Shown here: piece after piece, positions 50,901 through 62,666 of the stretch | Numbering within the stretch: position 1 is the stretch's first letter | Layout of the letters: each line of letters begins with the position of its first letter | From: the human T2T-CHM13v2.0 reference genome, Homo sapiens | Assembly (NCBI RefSeq): GCF_009914755.1 | Contig: NC_060926.1 | Length of the DNA stretch: 64,000 nt | Strand: one strand, 5' to 3' | Notes under the pieces: model-generated | The model's input: the letters and a program-made list of their open reading frames with translations, nothing else | Told to the model about the DNA's origin: nothing | Databases searched by the model: none | Program-made: the position numbers and the translations under genes

Positions 50901-53900
50901 TCCACAAATCCCGCCCACTCTGTGAAACGTCCCCAAATCCCCCCACTCTGTGCAACCTCCCAAAATCCCCCACACAGTGTGCAACCTCCTCAATTCCCTC
51001 TAGTGTGTGCAACCTCCTCAAATCTCCCCCACTGTGTGCAACCTCCTGAAATCTCCCCACTGTGTGTAACCTCCCCAAATGCCCCCCACTGTGTGCAACC
51101 TCAAGTCCCCCACTGTGTGTAATCCCCCCAAATCCCACCACTGTGCCCAACCTCCTCTAATCCATTCACTGTGTGCAACCTCCCCAAATCCCCCCCAATA
51201 TGTGCAATCTCCTCAAATCCTCCTCCACTGTGAGTAACCTCCTCAAATCCCCCCAGTGTGTGCAACTTCCCTAAATCCCCCCAACTGTGTACAACCTCCC
51301 CAAATCCCCCACACTGTGTGCAACCTTCCCAAATTCCCCCACTCTGTGCACCCTCCCCAAATCTACCCAACTCTGTGCAACCTCCTCACATCCCCCCCAC
51401 TCTGTGCAACCTCCCCAAATCCCCCCTAATCTCTGCAAACTCCCCAAATCCCCCCCATTGTGGGCAACCACACCAAATCCCGCCACTCTGTGCAACCTCA
51501 CCAAATTCCCCCCATTCTGTGCAACCTCCCCAAATCCACCAACTCTGTGCAACCTCACAAAATTACTCATACTGTGTGCAACCTCCTCAAATCCCCGTAC
51601 TGTGTGCAACCTCCTATCACCCCCACTGTGTGCAACCTCCTCAAATCCCCCCACTGCGTGCAACCTCCTCAAATCCCCCCACTGTGTGCAACCTCCTCTA
51701 ATCCCCCCACTGTGAGCAACCTCCCCAAATCCCTCCCATTGTGTGCAGCCTCCCCAAATCCCCCCGACGCTGTGCAACCTCCCAAAATTGCCCCCACTGT
51801 GTGCAACCTCCTCAAATCCCTCCCACTCTGTGCAAACTCCCCAAACCCCCCCCGTGCAGCCTCCCCATATCCCCCCAACTCTGTGCAACCTCCCGAAAAC
51901 ACCCCTCACTGTGTGCAACCTCGCGCAATCACGACACTGTGTGCAACCTCCCCAAATCACCCCCACTCTCTGCAACCTCCCCAAGTCTCCCACACTCTGT
52001 GCAACCTCCTCAAATCCCCCCACTGTTTGCAACCTCCCAAAATCTCCCTATGTGCAACCTCGCAAAATCTCCCCCACTATGTGCAACCTCCTCAAATCCC
52101 CCCACTGTGTCCAACCTCCCCAAATCCCTCCCACTGTGTGCAACCTCCTCTAGTCCCCCACTGTGTGCACCCCCCAAAAATCCCCCCACTGTGTGCAACC
52201 TCCTCAAATCCCCCTACTGCGAGCAACCTCCTCAAATCTCTCCACTGTGTGCAACCTCCCCAAATCCCCCACTGTGTGCAACGTCCCCAAATCCCCCCAC
52301 TGTGAGCAACCTTCCCAAATCCCCCCACTGTGTGCAATCTCCCCATATCCCCCCACTGTGAGCAACCTCCCCAAATCCCCCACACTATGTGCAACCTCCT
52401 CAAATCCCCCCACTCTGCACAATCTCCCCAAATCCCCCCCACTCTGCGCAACCTCCTCAAATCCCCCCAGTTTGCAACCTCCCAAAATCTCCCTATGTGC
52501 AACCTCGCAAAATCTCCCCCACTATGTGCAACCTCCTCAAATCCCCCCACTGTGTCCAACCTCCCCAAATCCCTCCCACTGTGTGCAACCTCCTCTAGTC
52601 CCCCACTGTGTGCACCCCCCAAAAATCCCCCCACTGTGTGCAACCTCCTCAAATCCCCCTACTGCGAGCAACCTCCTCAAATCTCTCCACTGTGTGCAAC
52701 CTCCCCAAATCCCCCACTGTGTGCAACGTCCCCAAATCCCCCCACTGTGAGCAACCTTCCCAAATCCCCCCACTGTGTGCAATCTCCCCATATCCCCCCA
52801 CTGTGAGCAACCTCCCCAAATCCCCCACACTATGTGCAACCTCCTCAAATCCCCCCACTCTGCACAATCTCCCCAAATCCCCCCCACTCTGCGCAACCTC
52901 CTCAAATCCCCCCACTGTGTGCAACCTTCCCAAATCCCCCCACTGTGTGCAACCTCCTCAAATCCCCACACTGTTTGCAACCTCCTCAAATCCCCCCAAA
53001 TGTGTGCAACCTCCCGAAATCGCCCCCACTGTGTGCAACCTCCCCAAATCCCCCCAACTGTTTGGAACCTCCTCAAATCCCCCCACTGTGTGCAACCTCC
53101 CGAAATCCCCCCAACTTTGTGCAACCTCCCCAAATGCCCACTGTGTGCAACGTCCCGAAATCCCCCCCACTCTGTGCAACCTCCCCAAATCCCCGCCACT
53201 CTGTGAAACCTCCCCCATCCCTTCCAGTTTGTGCAACCCCCCAAATCCCCCCACTATGTGACACCTCCTCAAATCCCCCCACTGTGAGCAACCTCCTGAA
53301 ATCCCTCTCACTGCGTGCAACTTCCTCAAATTCCTCCCCCACTCTGAGTAGCCTCCTCAAATCCCCCCCAGTGTGTGCAACGTCCCCAAATCGCCCCACT
53401 GTGTGCATTCTCCTCAAATGCCCCTAGCTTTGTGAAACCTCCCCAAATCCCCCCCACCCCACTGTGTGCAACCTCCCCAGATCTCCTTTCTGTGCAACCT
53501 CCATAAATCCAACCAAATGTATGCAACCTCCTCAAATCCCCACCACTCTGTGCAACCTCCCCAAATCCCCATCACTCTGTGTAATCTCCCCAAATCCCCC
53601 GCAATCTGTGCAACCTCCCCAAATCCCCCCTGTGTGCAACCTCCCCAAATCCCGCCACTGTGTTCAACCTCCCCGAATACCCACCACTCTGTGCAACCTC
53701 CCCAAATCCCAACTGTTTGCAACCTCCCAAATCCCCCCCAATGTGAGCAACCTCCCAAATCCCCCTGTGTGCAACCCCCCAATCTCCCCCACTGTGTGCA
53801 ACCTCAAATGCCCCCACTGTGTGCAACCTTCCCAAATCCCCCCACTGTGTGCAACCTCCCCAAATCCGCCCCAATCTGTGCAACCTCCCACTCTACCCCC

Positions 53901-55593
53901 CACTGTGTGCAACCCCCCAAAATCCCCCCACTGTGTGCATCCTCCTCAAATCACTATTGTGTGAAACCTCCCCAAATCCCCCCCACTGTGTGCAACCTCC
54001 TCAAATCCCCCCACTGTGTGCAACCATCCCAAACCCCCCACAGTTTGAAACCTCCCCAAATCCCTGCCACTGTGTGCAACTTCAATTCCCCCCACTGTGT
54101 GCAACCTCACCAAATCCGTCCACTGTGTGCAACCTCCCTAGATCCCCACTATGTGCAACCTCCGCAAATACCCCCACTCTGTGCAAGTGCCCCCTATTTC
54201 CCCAACTGTGTAGCAACCTCCCCAAATCCCCCCACTGTGTGCCACCTCCCCAAATCCCCCAACTGTTTCGAACCACCTCAAATCCCCCCACTGTGTGCAA
54301 CCTCCCCAAATCCCCCCCACCCTCTGCAACGTCCCCAAACCTACTCTGTCCAACCTCCCCAAATCCTCCACTCTGTTCGACCTCCGCCTATCGCCCTACT
54401 GTGTGCAACTCCCTCAAATCCCCCCACTGTGAGCAACCTCCCCAAACCCTCCCATTGTGTGCAAACTCCCAAATCTCCCCACTGTGTGCAACCTCCTCAA
54501 ATCCCAATGTGTGCCACCTCCCCAAATCCCCCCACTGTGTGCCACCTCCCCAAATCCCCCCACTGTAAGTAACCTCCTCAAATCCCCCCACTGTGTGCAA
54601 CCTCCCCAAATCCCCCCCACTGTGTGCCACCTCAACATATCCCCCCACTGTGTGCAACCTTCCTAAATTCTTCCACTCTGTGCAACCTCCCGAAATCCTT
54701 CCACTCTGTGCAGCCTCCCCAAATGCCCCACTGTGTGCAACCTCCCCGAATCCCCCCACTCTGTGCAGCCTCCCCAAATCCCCCCAGTGTGAGCAATGTC
54801 CCCAAATCCCCCCACTGTGAGCAACCTCCCAAAGTCCCCCCACTGTGTGCAACCTCCTCAAATACCCCCACTGTGTGCAACCTCCCCAAATTCTTCCACT
54901 CTGTGCAGCCTCCCCAAATCCCAACTCTGTGCAACCTCCGCCTATCCCCCCCAGTGTGCAACCCCCCAAATCCCCCAACTGTGTGCAACCTCCTGAAATC
55001 CCCCAACTGTGTTCAACACCCCCAAATCCCCCCATTGTGTGCAAACTCCTCAAATCACCCCGCTGTGTGCAACATCCCCAGATCCCCCCCAATGTGTGCA
55101 ACCTCCGCAAATCCCCCTACTCTGTGGAACCTCCTCAAATCCCAACTGTGAGCAACCTCCCCAAATCCCCCAACTGTCTGCAAACTCCCCACATCTCCCT
55201 CACTGAGTACAACCTCCCCAAATCCCCCCATTGTGAGCAATGTCCCCAAATCCCCCCACTGTGAGCAACCTCCTCAAATCCCCCCACTGTGTGCAACCTC
55301 CTCAAATCCCCACCACTCTGTGCAACCTGCCCAATTTCCCCCACTCTGCAACCTCCCGAAATCCCCCGTAGTGTGTGCAACCTTCTCAAATCCCCCCACT
55401 CTGTGCAACCCCCCCAAATCCCTCTACTGTGTGCCACCTCAAGTCCCCCCACTGTGTGCAACCTCCTCAAATCCCCCACACTGTGTGCAGCCTCCTCAAA
55501 TCCTCCCCACTGTGTGCAACCTCCTCAAATCCCCGCACTGTGTTCAACCTTCTCAAATACCCCATACTGTGTACAACCTCCTCAAATCCCCCC
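35975..55593. repeat. Giant ~19.6-kb C-rich tandem array in TPO intron 15, unit ~28 bp (ACTGTGTGCAACCTCC(C/T)CAAATCCCCCC), roughly 690 units
   Basis: Continuous diverged monomers with period 27-30 (e.g. 37481 to 37509). Copy number is estimated as length divided by unit size, not counted. Confidence 0.97.
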
Positions 55594-56141
55594 TGCAGGG
55601 AGTGGCTTCTCCCTGTGAATCTCTCCTCCCTTCTTTGCCCAGAAGCATGTCTCAATTAGTAAGAGTGCAGTTAATATTTCTCATCTTAAGGTGGTGCTCC
55701 GACCTGATACAAAGGAAAGCGGGTTGAATTCAGAGGCACGGGCATACCCTGTCCTTGTTTCTAAAGTGTTCATGAAGAAGATCGAATTCAAATGGTGAAA
55801 TATCCATATATGCAATTGTATAGAAAAGTCAGGATTATTTGACAAGGATTGTTTTTGATGCTTTTATGCAATTCAGAACCTCAATGAATATAGAAAATAA
55901 TTTAAAAAGACATAAGAGCTCTCTAGATTGAAATAAGCATGGTGCTTATAAAACAATGGTGAACAGTGAATGCCAATTATTTTAATTTAAATTTCTATTA
56001 TGCAGCAAATTCATAAAATGGGGAAAGTCTTTTTTCAACATTTCCAAGACATGCTCTGTTAAGACATGGTTGCTTCAGGTGGCTTTTACTTGGGATATTG
56101 AGAGGTAAGGCAGAGTGGTGATGGTTCAGGCTGAGGAGGGC

Positions 56142-56555
56142 GAGGGCTGCCATAACAAAGAACCACACGTTTGGTGGCTTAAAGCAACAGACGTTGATGT
56201 TCTCACAGTTCTGGAGACCAGAAGAGCAAGTCACGGTGTTGGCAGGGCTTTGCTCCCCCCGAAGGTTGGAAGGACGAATGCGCCTTGCACATCCAGCCTT
56301 TGGTGCCCTGCTGGTGTTCACTGGCATTGCTTGGCCTACAGACTCCTCACGCCAACCTCTCCCTCTGTCTTTACCCGGCCTTCTCCCCTGTGTGTCTGTG
56401 TTCAAATGCCCCTATTCCTATAAGGGCACCAGTCCTGCTGGATTCCAGGTTCCACCCTACCCCAGTATAGACTCACCCTAACTAATTACATCTGAAAAAA
56501 ACCTTACTTCCAGGCAAGGTAACATTCCCAAGTTCTGGGTGGATGTGACTTTGAA
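56142..56555 (-). mobile_element. MLT1-family (MaLR) LTR
   Basis: agggctgccataacaaagaaccacacg.ttggtggcttaaagcaacaga...tctcacagttctggag...taactaattacatctg. Confidence 0.8.
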
Positions 56556-56689
56556 ATGATTATCAAGTAGATCCAGTTCCGTTTACAGTAATGAGCAGAC
56601 AGTGAATGAGAAATTAATGTGCTTTCACATCGCACGAACACCTGACCTTCACTGAATTTTAATAGAAGCTGGCATTGGTGCTAACTCCT

Positions 56690-56790
56690 TACAGACTTTA
56701 TGTCAGTGTATTCTCACTGAAGGAAGTTGCTATTTTATCCCACTTTACGAATGAGAAAACTGAGATGCGGAGAGGTCACCAAGTCAAACT
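56690..56790. mobile_element. MIR fragment
   Basis: MIR core ttttatcccactttacgaatgagaaaactgagatgcggagaggt. Confidence 0.6.
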
Positions 56791-57867
56791 CAAGCGACAC
56801 CCCAGCCCCCCTCGGTGATCAGGCTGAAGCGATGACTAAATGCCATTTGCTCCTAATGACACCGTCACAAGCACTGAAGCCACCAAGGACCGTTGGGCCT
56901 GTACAGAGGAGAGGCAGACTCAGGCCCTCCCCACTGACAGGAGGGCTGTCTTCCATGTACACCTAGGTCGGAGTCCGCAAGGGTGGGGCGGTGACGGTGC
57001 ACTGGACTTTGCTGGCGGTGCTGGAATGGCTGTGCGGAGGGCGCTGTGGTGCGGGGACTGCGCTCCCCAGGAGGACCTCGGGAGTTGTTTGTTTGTAGGT
57101 ATTACAGTATTGTCTAACGTTGCCGCGTTGACACAGGGTCACGGGAAGCCACCTCCAGGGCCTGTGGTCCTCTTCAGGCAGGCGGGGCGGGGAATGCTCA
57201 GGACCGGTGATGATGGTGCCATGCAGAGTTCAGGGATGAATGACCACCAAGGCAAGGGAAGGAGTCCAGCAGCTCAGTATTTGGGGAATGGGGGCGGGGG
57301 CAGGTAAAAACGCAGAATCAAGGGAAACAAACAGCTGGAAAATATAGTAGCTGTTAAGTTCTGATGGAAAAGCTGTTTTGTACTTACAGTTAAATCCCAC
57401 AGTATTTGTGATGTATTTCCGGGTAACTTGCTCTTCCCTCCTCAAAAGGTCCCAGCCTCACCAGAGCTTCCCTTCCTGCACCGGCCCCAGCTCTCCACGC
57501 CTCCCAGAGACCAGGGGGCCTCCACCCTTGCTCCTCTGGGACGGCGCTTCCTCCCCCTCATCTCCAGGTCGGGGCTGGGGTCTTCAGGCTCAGGTTGAAG
57601 ATGCTGTTGGGCCCTTTGCCTGTACAGGGATGGCGCCCGACCCAGGAAAAGCCTAACGTTGTCTGTCATTTGGATGCGTCTCTTGGCAGTGACTGGGGGG
57701 AAATCCTCACTGCAGCCCGCGTCCCTTGCATGATTGTTGTAAGAAAGCCCCAGCTCAGCTGCGTGGAGACAGGGTCCTCTTGGCTGCATATTCTAAAATC
57801 ATTTTTCCTATGAAGAGAGCAGTGCTAATTTTTTCCAAAATAATATATCAGATTATGATCGACTTGA

Positions 57868-58329
<462 letters not shown>

Positions 58330-58607
58330 TAGTGAGAGGAATGAAGATGCCTTCCATTTGTACAAACCGGTTCCAAAACTAAGGGCTCACTTTCAGGCGT
58401 TTGCTTCCACTTAATCTGAGGATCGGCTGGAAGCACAGGAGAGGAAGGAGAAGCTGAAGCAAAACCCTGACTTTTAAATTCTGATTTTTAAGTGGAATAG
58501 TTATAATCAGTGTGGAAAAATGTGTATGTTTATGTTTTACCCCCTTACCTTGTATGCAGAACCCCAAGGGAGGCCATATCAAAAACTCACTTGTGTAAGT
58601 CTGACTT

Positions 58608-59225
58608 TTGAACTGAGAGAAGCAGAGAGCAGAACAGTGGCCTCCAGAGGGGAGTGGGGAGGTGCTGGTCACAGGCACAAAGTCTCAGGCAGGAGGAGGG
58701 CGCCTCAGGTCTGCTGCACGGCATGGGGCGCACGCTTCCTCATAATGATCGCATGTTTCAAAATTGCTAAAACAATAGGTTTTTTTTTTTTTGAGATAGA
58801 GTCTTGCTCTGTCGCCCAGACTGGAGTGCAGTGGCACAAACATAGCTCACTGCAGCTTCGACCCTCCTGCTCAAGCAATCCTCTTGCCTCAGCCTCTTGC
58901 GTGGCTGGGTCTACAGGCGCTCACCACCATGCCTGGCTAATTTTTAAATTTTTTACAGAGATGCAGCCTCGCTATGCTGCCCAGGCTGGTGTTGAGCCCT
59001 TAGGCCCAAGAGATCCTCCAGTCTGAAACTCCCAAAGTGCTGGGACCACAGCCACCCACTAAAATAATAGATTTTAAATGTTCTAACTGCCAAAAAAAGA
59101 TGTGAGGTGATATGTTAATTAATTTGATATAATCTCTCCACAATGTAAAGGTATCAAAACCATGTTTAAAACATAAATATATGCAGTTAGTATTTGTCAA
59201 CTAAAAATACAAATTTTAATTTAAA
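58608..59225 (+). mobile_element. Old L1MA/MB-type 3' end, interrupted by an AluJ
   Basis: gaagcagagagcagaacagtggc...tttcaaaattgctaaaa, [Alu], then tagattttaaatgttct...tgtgaggtgatatgttaattaatttgat...tttgtcaactaaaa. Confidence 0.7.
58780..59058 (-). mobile_element. AluJ SINE
   Basis: AluJ diagnostics (catagctcactgcagc, ctcaagcaatcctc). TSD ctaaaacaatag / ctaaaataatag. Confidence 0.88.
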
Positions 59226-59837
59226 CAAAGTCACTTACTTGCATACAGGAGGGGGGCATTGCCAACATGATCGGTCTCCCTTCTGAAATTCAGTGTGAGA
59301 TTAGATCCTGTCCTCGGAGATAAGCAGAGCCCAGGGTCGTTCTGCTGAGAGCACATTCGTCTTTGCACCTGGCTCCCACGCATGGAACCAAAAGGACCTG
59401 GCCTGGAAGTGAGGCTCTTTGTGAATTTAAATAGCTTTTCCAGCCACAGCAAGGGCAGTGCCAGCAAGTCCCCTGGGCCCCTAATTAGTCTGACTGACAC
59501 CAGGGGCAAGGCCAGGCGTTCTGTTCATCTGTGGTCGCAGGGACCTGTGTGCTCAGCACGGCTTCTTCCTGAAGGACCCTGCCTGCGGATTGCAGATCCC
59601 ACTCTGTGAGTAGGAACCTTTGCCACGTGGATCCTCTGTGGCCTCCTGCAAACAAGCATTTGTCCGGAAGCCAGAAACTTCCCTCCAGCATGACAAGCAA
59701 GAAGGATGGCTCATCTCGCCAGCGGTCCTTTGTGAAAAGAGCTCCTGTCCAGGCCCTTCTGTCTTGTATCAAGTGTGTGCTGTTACTGGAGCAGTCAGAA
59801 TTCAGACGTTATTAATGTTTGTTCTGCATTTTTGCAG

Positions 59838-59891
59838 GAGAGTGCTGGGATGGAAGGCCGGGATACTCACAGGCTGCCGAGAGCCCTCTGA
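59838..59891 (+). CDS. TPO: Thyroid peroxidase exon 17, coding part (C-terminus and stop)
   Basis: tttttgcag|GAG AGT GCT GGG ... GCC CTC TGA. Encodes ESAGMEGRDTHRLPRAL*, the C-terminus of 933-aa TPO1. Confidence 0.97.
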   Translation, partial: ESAGMEGRDTHRLPRAL

Positions 59892-60047
59892 GGGCAAAGT
59901 GGCAGGACACTGCAGAACAGCTTCATGTTCCCAAAATCACCGTACGACTCTTTTCCAAACACAGGCAAATCCGAAATCAGCAGGACGACTGTTTTCCCAA
60001 CACGGGTAAATCTAGTACCATGTCGTAGTTACTCTCAGGCATGGATG

Positions 60048-60053
60048 AATAAA
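60048..60053 (+). promoter_or_regulatory. Proximal polyadenylation signal AATAAA of the TPO 3'UTR (variant ATTAAA at 60123-60128)
   Basis: AATAAA ~157 nt after the stop codon, followed by U/GU-rich sequence. Confidence 0.7.
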
Positions 60054-61164
60054 TGTTATAGCTGCATTTGTCTGGCCTTTTCTTGTAAACATTGCCTGAT
60101 TTGTTCCTTCTGGGGCTTTGCCATTAAAATGTATTTACAGATTACACATCTTTATTTTGTGAACCCTGGAAACACCACTCTTGCAATCCTCCTGTCTCCA
60201 CCTTCTGGCATCTCTGATGCCGTGCTCGTCTGCACTCTGCCCCGGCGGTCCCTCCAGCACTGGTTTTTCCACACCCCCTGCCCATCACCAGGTGTCCACA
60301 GGGCCTACATCTGGCTTCCCTCTTCTCCTGGGAAGAGCACTCCTGGCTTCCTGCAGGGCCGGTGGGAGGAGGAAAGTGATTCTGAGGGAGAGGCTGGAGC
60401 CTTAAGGACCAACAAGGCAAAGTGACTTGTCTCATCCTCCAGAGATTCACCAACACATGAGCCTCAGACCCCAGGCTTCTGCCTCCAGCAGCCGCCCTGC
60501 CGCACACTGCTCTTACTCCTCCTTATACCCTCACTCACGGGGAACACAGCCCAGTGATCCCGGAGGAAACTCACTCCCTCCCTGACTCAACAAGGCAGTC
60601 TCGGGGGCACCGTTAGCCACGCGACCCTGTAAAGCTGCCGTCCTCATTTCACATGTGAAGCAGCTGAATTCCAGAGTGCTGGGTCCCAGCCCAGGCAGCC
60701 CTCAGCCTCACGCAAGGCAATAGTTAGGAGTCCTTCGGCATTGAAAGCAAACTCAGACACATCTGACCTGGAGTTCTACCTGCACTAAGAGAAGAGAGTG
60801 GTAACTAATTCATGGATAAAACAGACCATCGAGGCAGCACTGAATGATCTCACCCACGAATGACAACAGTGGCACAGGAGGGCTATGAACATTTTGCTTC
60901 AGGATGTTTTATTTCGCTCTACTGTTATGTAGAGAAAGCATGGTTTGCTTTTTATAACTTTTGTGACCCAAAAATACCAGACTGTTGTTTTCCCTAGGTG
61001 CCAGGCCATCCTGTTCTGTGTGTTCCCAAACTCTTAGTTTTGTTCATGTAAAACTCATGATTTCATAATTAAAACAATATTAAAATAAAACTCATGAATG
61101 ATTTCATAATTAAAACAATATTAAAAATATCCTGGCAAATTTCACAAATTGCCCTTATCACACC

Positions 61165-61567
61165 GGTAAGCAGCCCGTTCTCACACTGCCATAAAGAACC
61201 ACTGAGACTGGGTCATTTAGAAAGAAAAGAGTTTTAACTGGCTCTGGGTTGCGCAGGTGGTGCAGGACGCATGGTGCTGCCATCTGCTCGGCTTCTGGGG
61301 AGGCCTCTGGAAACACAGTCATGGTGGAAGGGGCAGGGTAGGAGGCCCATCACAGGCTGGGAGCCAGGAGCCGGGAGGCAGAGGGGCAGCCACACATGGA
61401 GACCACCAGATGGCAGGGGACTCACTGCACAGGACCAAGAGGGGTGGTGCTGGACCCTTCCTGAGAACCCACCCTGTGATCCCACCGCCTCCCAACAGGC
61501 CCCTCCTCCAACACTGGGAGTGACAATTCCACATGAGACTGGGTGGGACACAGACCAAACCATATCA
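61165..61567 (-). mobile_element. MST/THE1-family (MaLR) LTR
   Basis: ttctcacactgccataaagaaccactgagactgggtcattta...aagaaaagag.tttaactggctc...caacactgggagtgacaattccacatgaga...caaaccatatca. Confidence 0.85.
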
Positions 61568-61915
61568 ACACCCAGGGAAGGGACAGGACCCAGCTTCTGC
61601 AGAGGAGCTGCTGAGAGTTCCCATCAGCAGGTGAGGAGAGACGCAGGGAATCGCAGCAACGCACAACACATCAGCACCCGCTCTGGGCAGTGAAGGGAGG
61701 TGGCCGCCCAACCTCAGGATCATTTCCACGAAGGGAACACAGGCCTCCTACTTCCAGCTGCTGCCCTGCCATGCACTGGAACACACTGACTGGGGAGCGG
61801 TCTTCCCTTCCACCTCGGAGCCTCTTGCTGACACCAAAACAAGGAACCCTGGCTTGATGCGGTGCCTGCATGACCTCTGCCCTCTGGGATTAGCCAGAAG
61901 GAGTAGTGCCATATA

Positions 61916-62666
61916 GTGATGGTTAACACCAGGCCTCAACCTGGCTGGCTGGAGGGAGGCCCAGCTGGCCGGTGAGATCTTGTCTCAGCCTCAGCTAGAT
62001 GGATGGATAAGAGGATGAGCTGTTTTGGAGGAGACTGGGCTGTGAGTCAGCAGACTGAGGGGGAAGACCTGCCTGAATGCAGGGTAGGCACCATCCAATC
62101 CCGGATAGAACTAAAAGGTAGCTGTGTCTGTCTCCTAGAGCTGGGACACCCTTCTTCTCCTGCCCTTGGACATCAGCACTCTAGCCTCTTGGCCTTCAGA
62201 CTCTGGGCTTGCACTAGCACTCCCTGCCCTGGGCTCTCAGGCCTTCAGCCTTGGACTGAGTCATGCCATTGTCTTCCCTGGCTCTGAGGCCTTGCAACTC
62301 GGGTCCTGAGTCACATGACCGGCATCCCAGAGTGTCCAGCTCTAAGACAGCCTGTCCTGGGACTTCTCACCTCCACCATCACATGAGCCAGTGCTCCTAT
62401 TGAATATCCTCTTTCCATCCACCTAGTTAGCTATCTGTTTGTCTATCTATCTATCTATCTATCTATCTACTCTAAGACAGGCTGTCCTGGGACTTCTCAC
62501 CTCCACCATCACATGAGCCCATTCTCCTACTGAATATCCTCTTTCCATCCATCTAGCTAGCTATCTGTTTATCTATTATTATCTATCTATCTATCACCTG
62601 TCTATCTATATAGCTACCTACCTATGTAGCCTATTGGTTCTGTCTCACTGCAGAGCCCTGACTATA
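61916..62666 (+). mobile_element. MLT2-family LTR with a 130-bp internal tandem duplication and (TCTA)n tracts
   Basis: Begins gtgatggttaacaccaggcctcaac and ends ctattggttctgtctcactgcagagccctgacta. tctaagacag..gtcctgggacttctcacctcc occurs at 62341 and 62471. Confidence 0.8.

Noticed and set aside
35975-55593. CRISPR-like appearance of ~28-bp repeats
   Set aside because: The repeats are head-to-tail with no unique spacers, there are no cas genes, and the context is a human intron.
35943-55727. Very many long ORFs (up to 408 aa; CVQPPQIPPL / LHTVGGFEEV repeats) resembling Pro/Cys-rich structural proteins
   Set aside because: They are open in all frames on both strands because the ~28-bp unit lacks stop codons. 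The unit length is variable and usually not a multiple of 3, and there is no exon structure.
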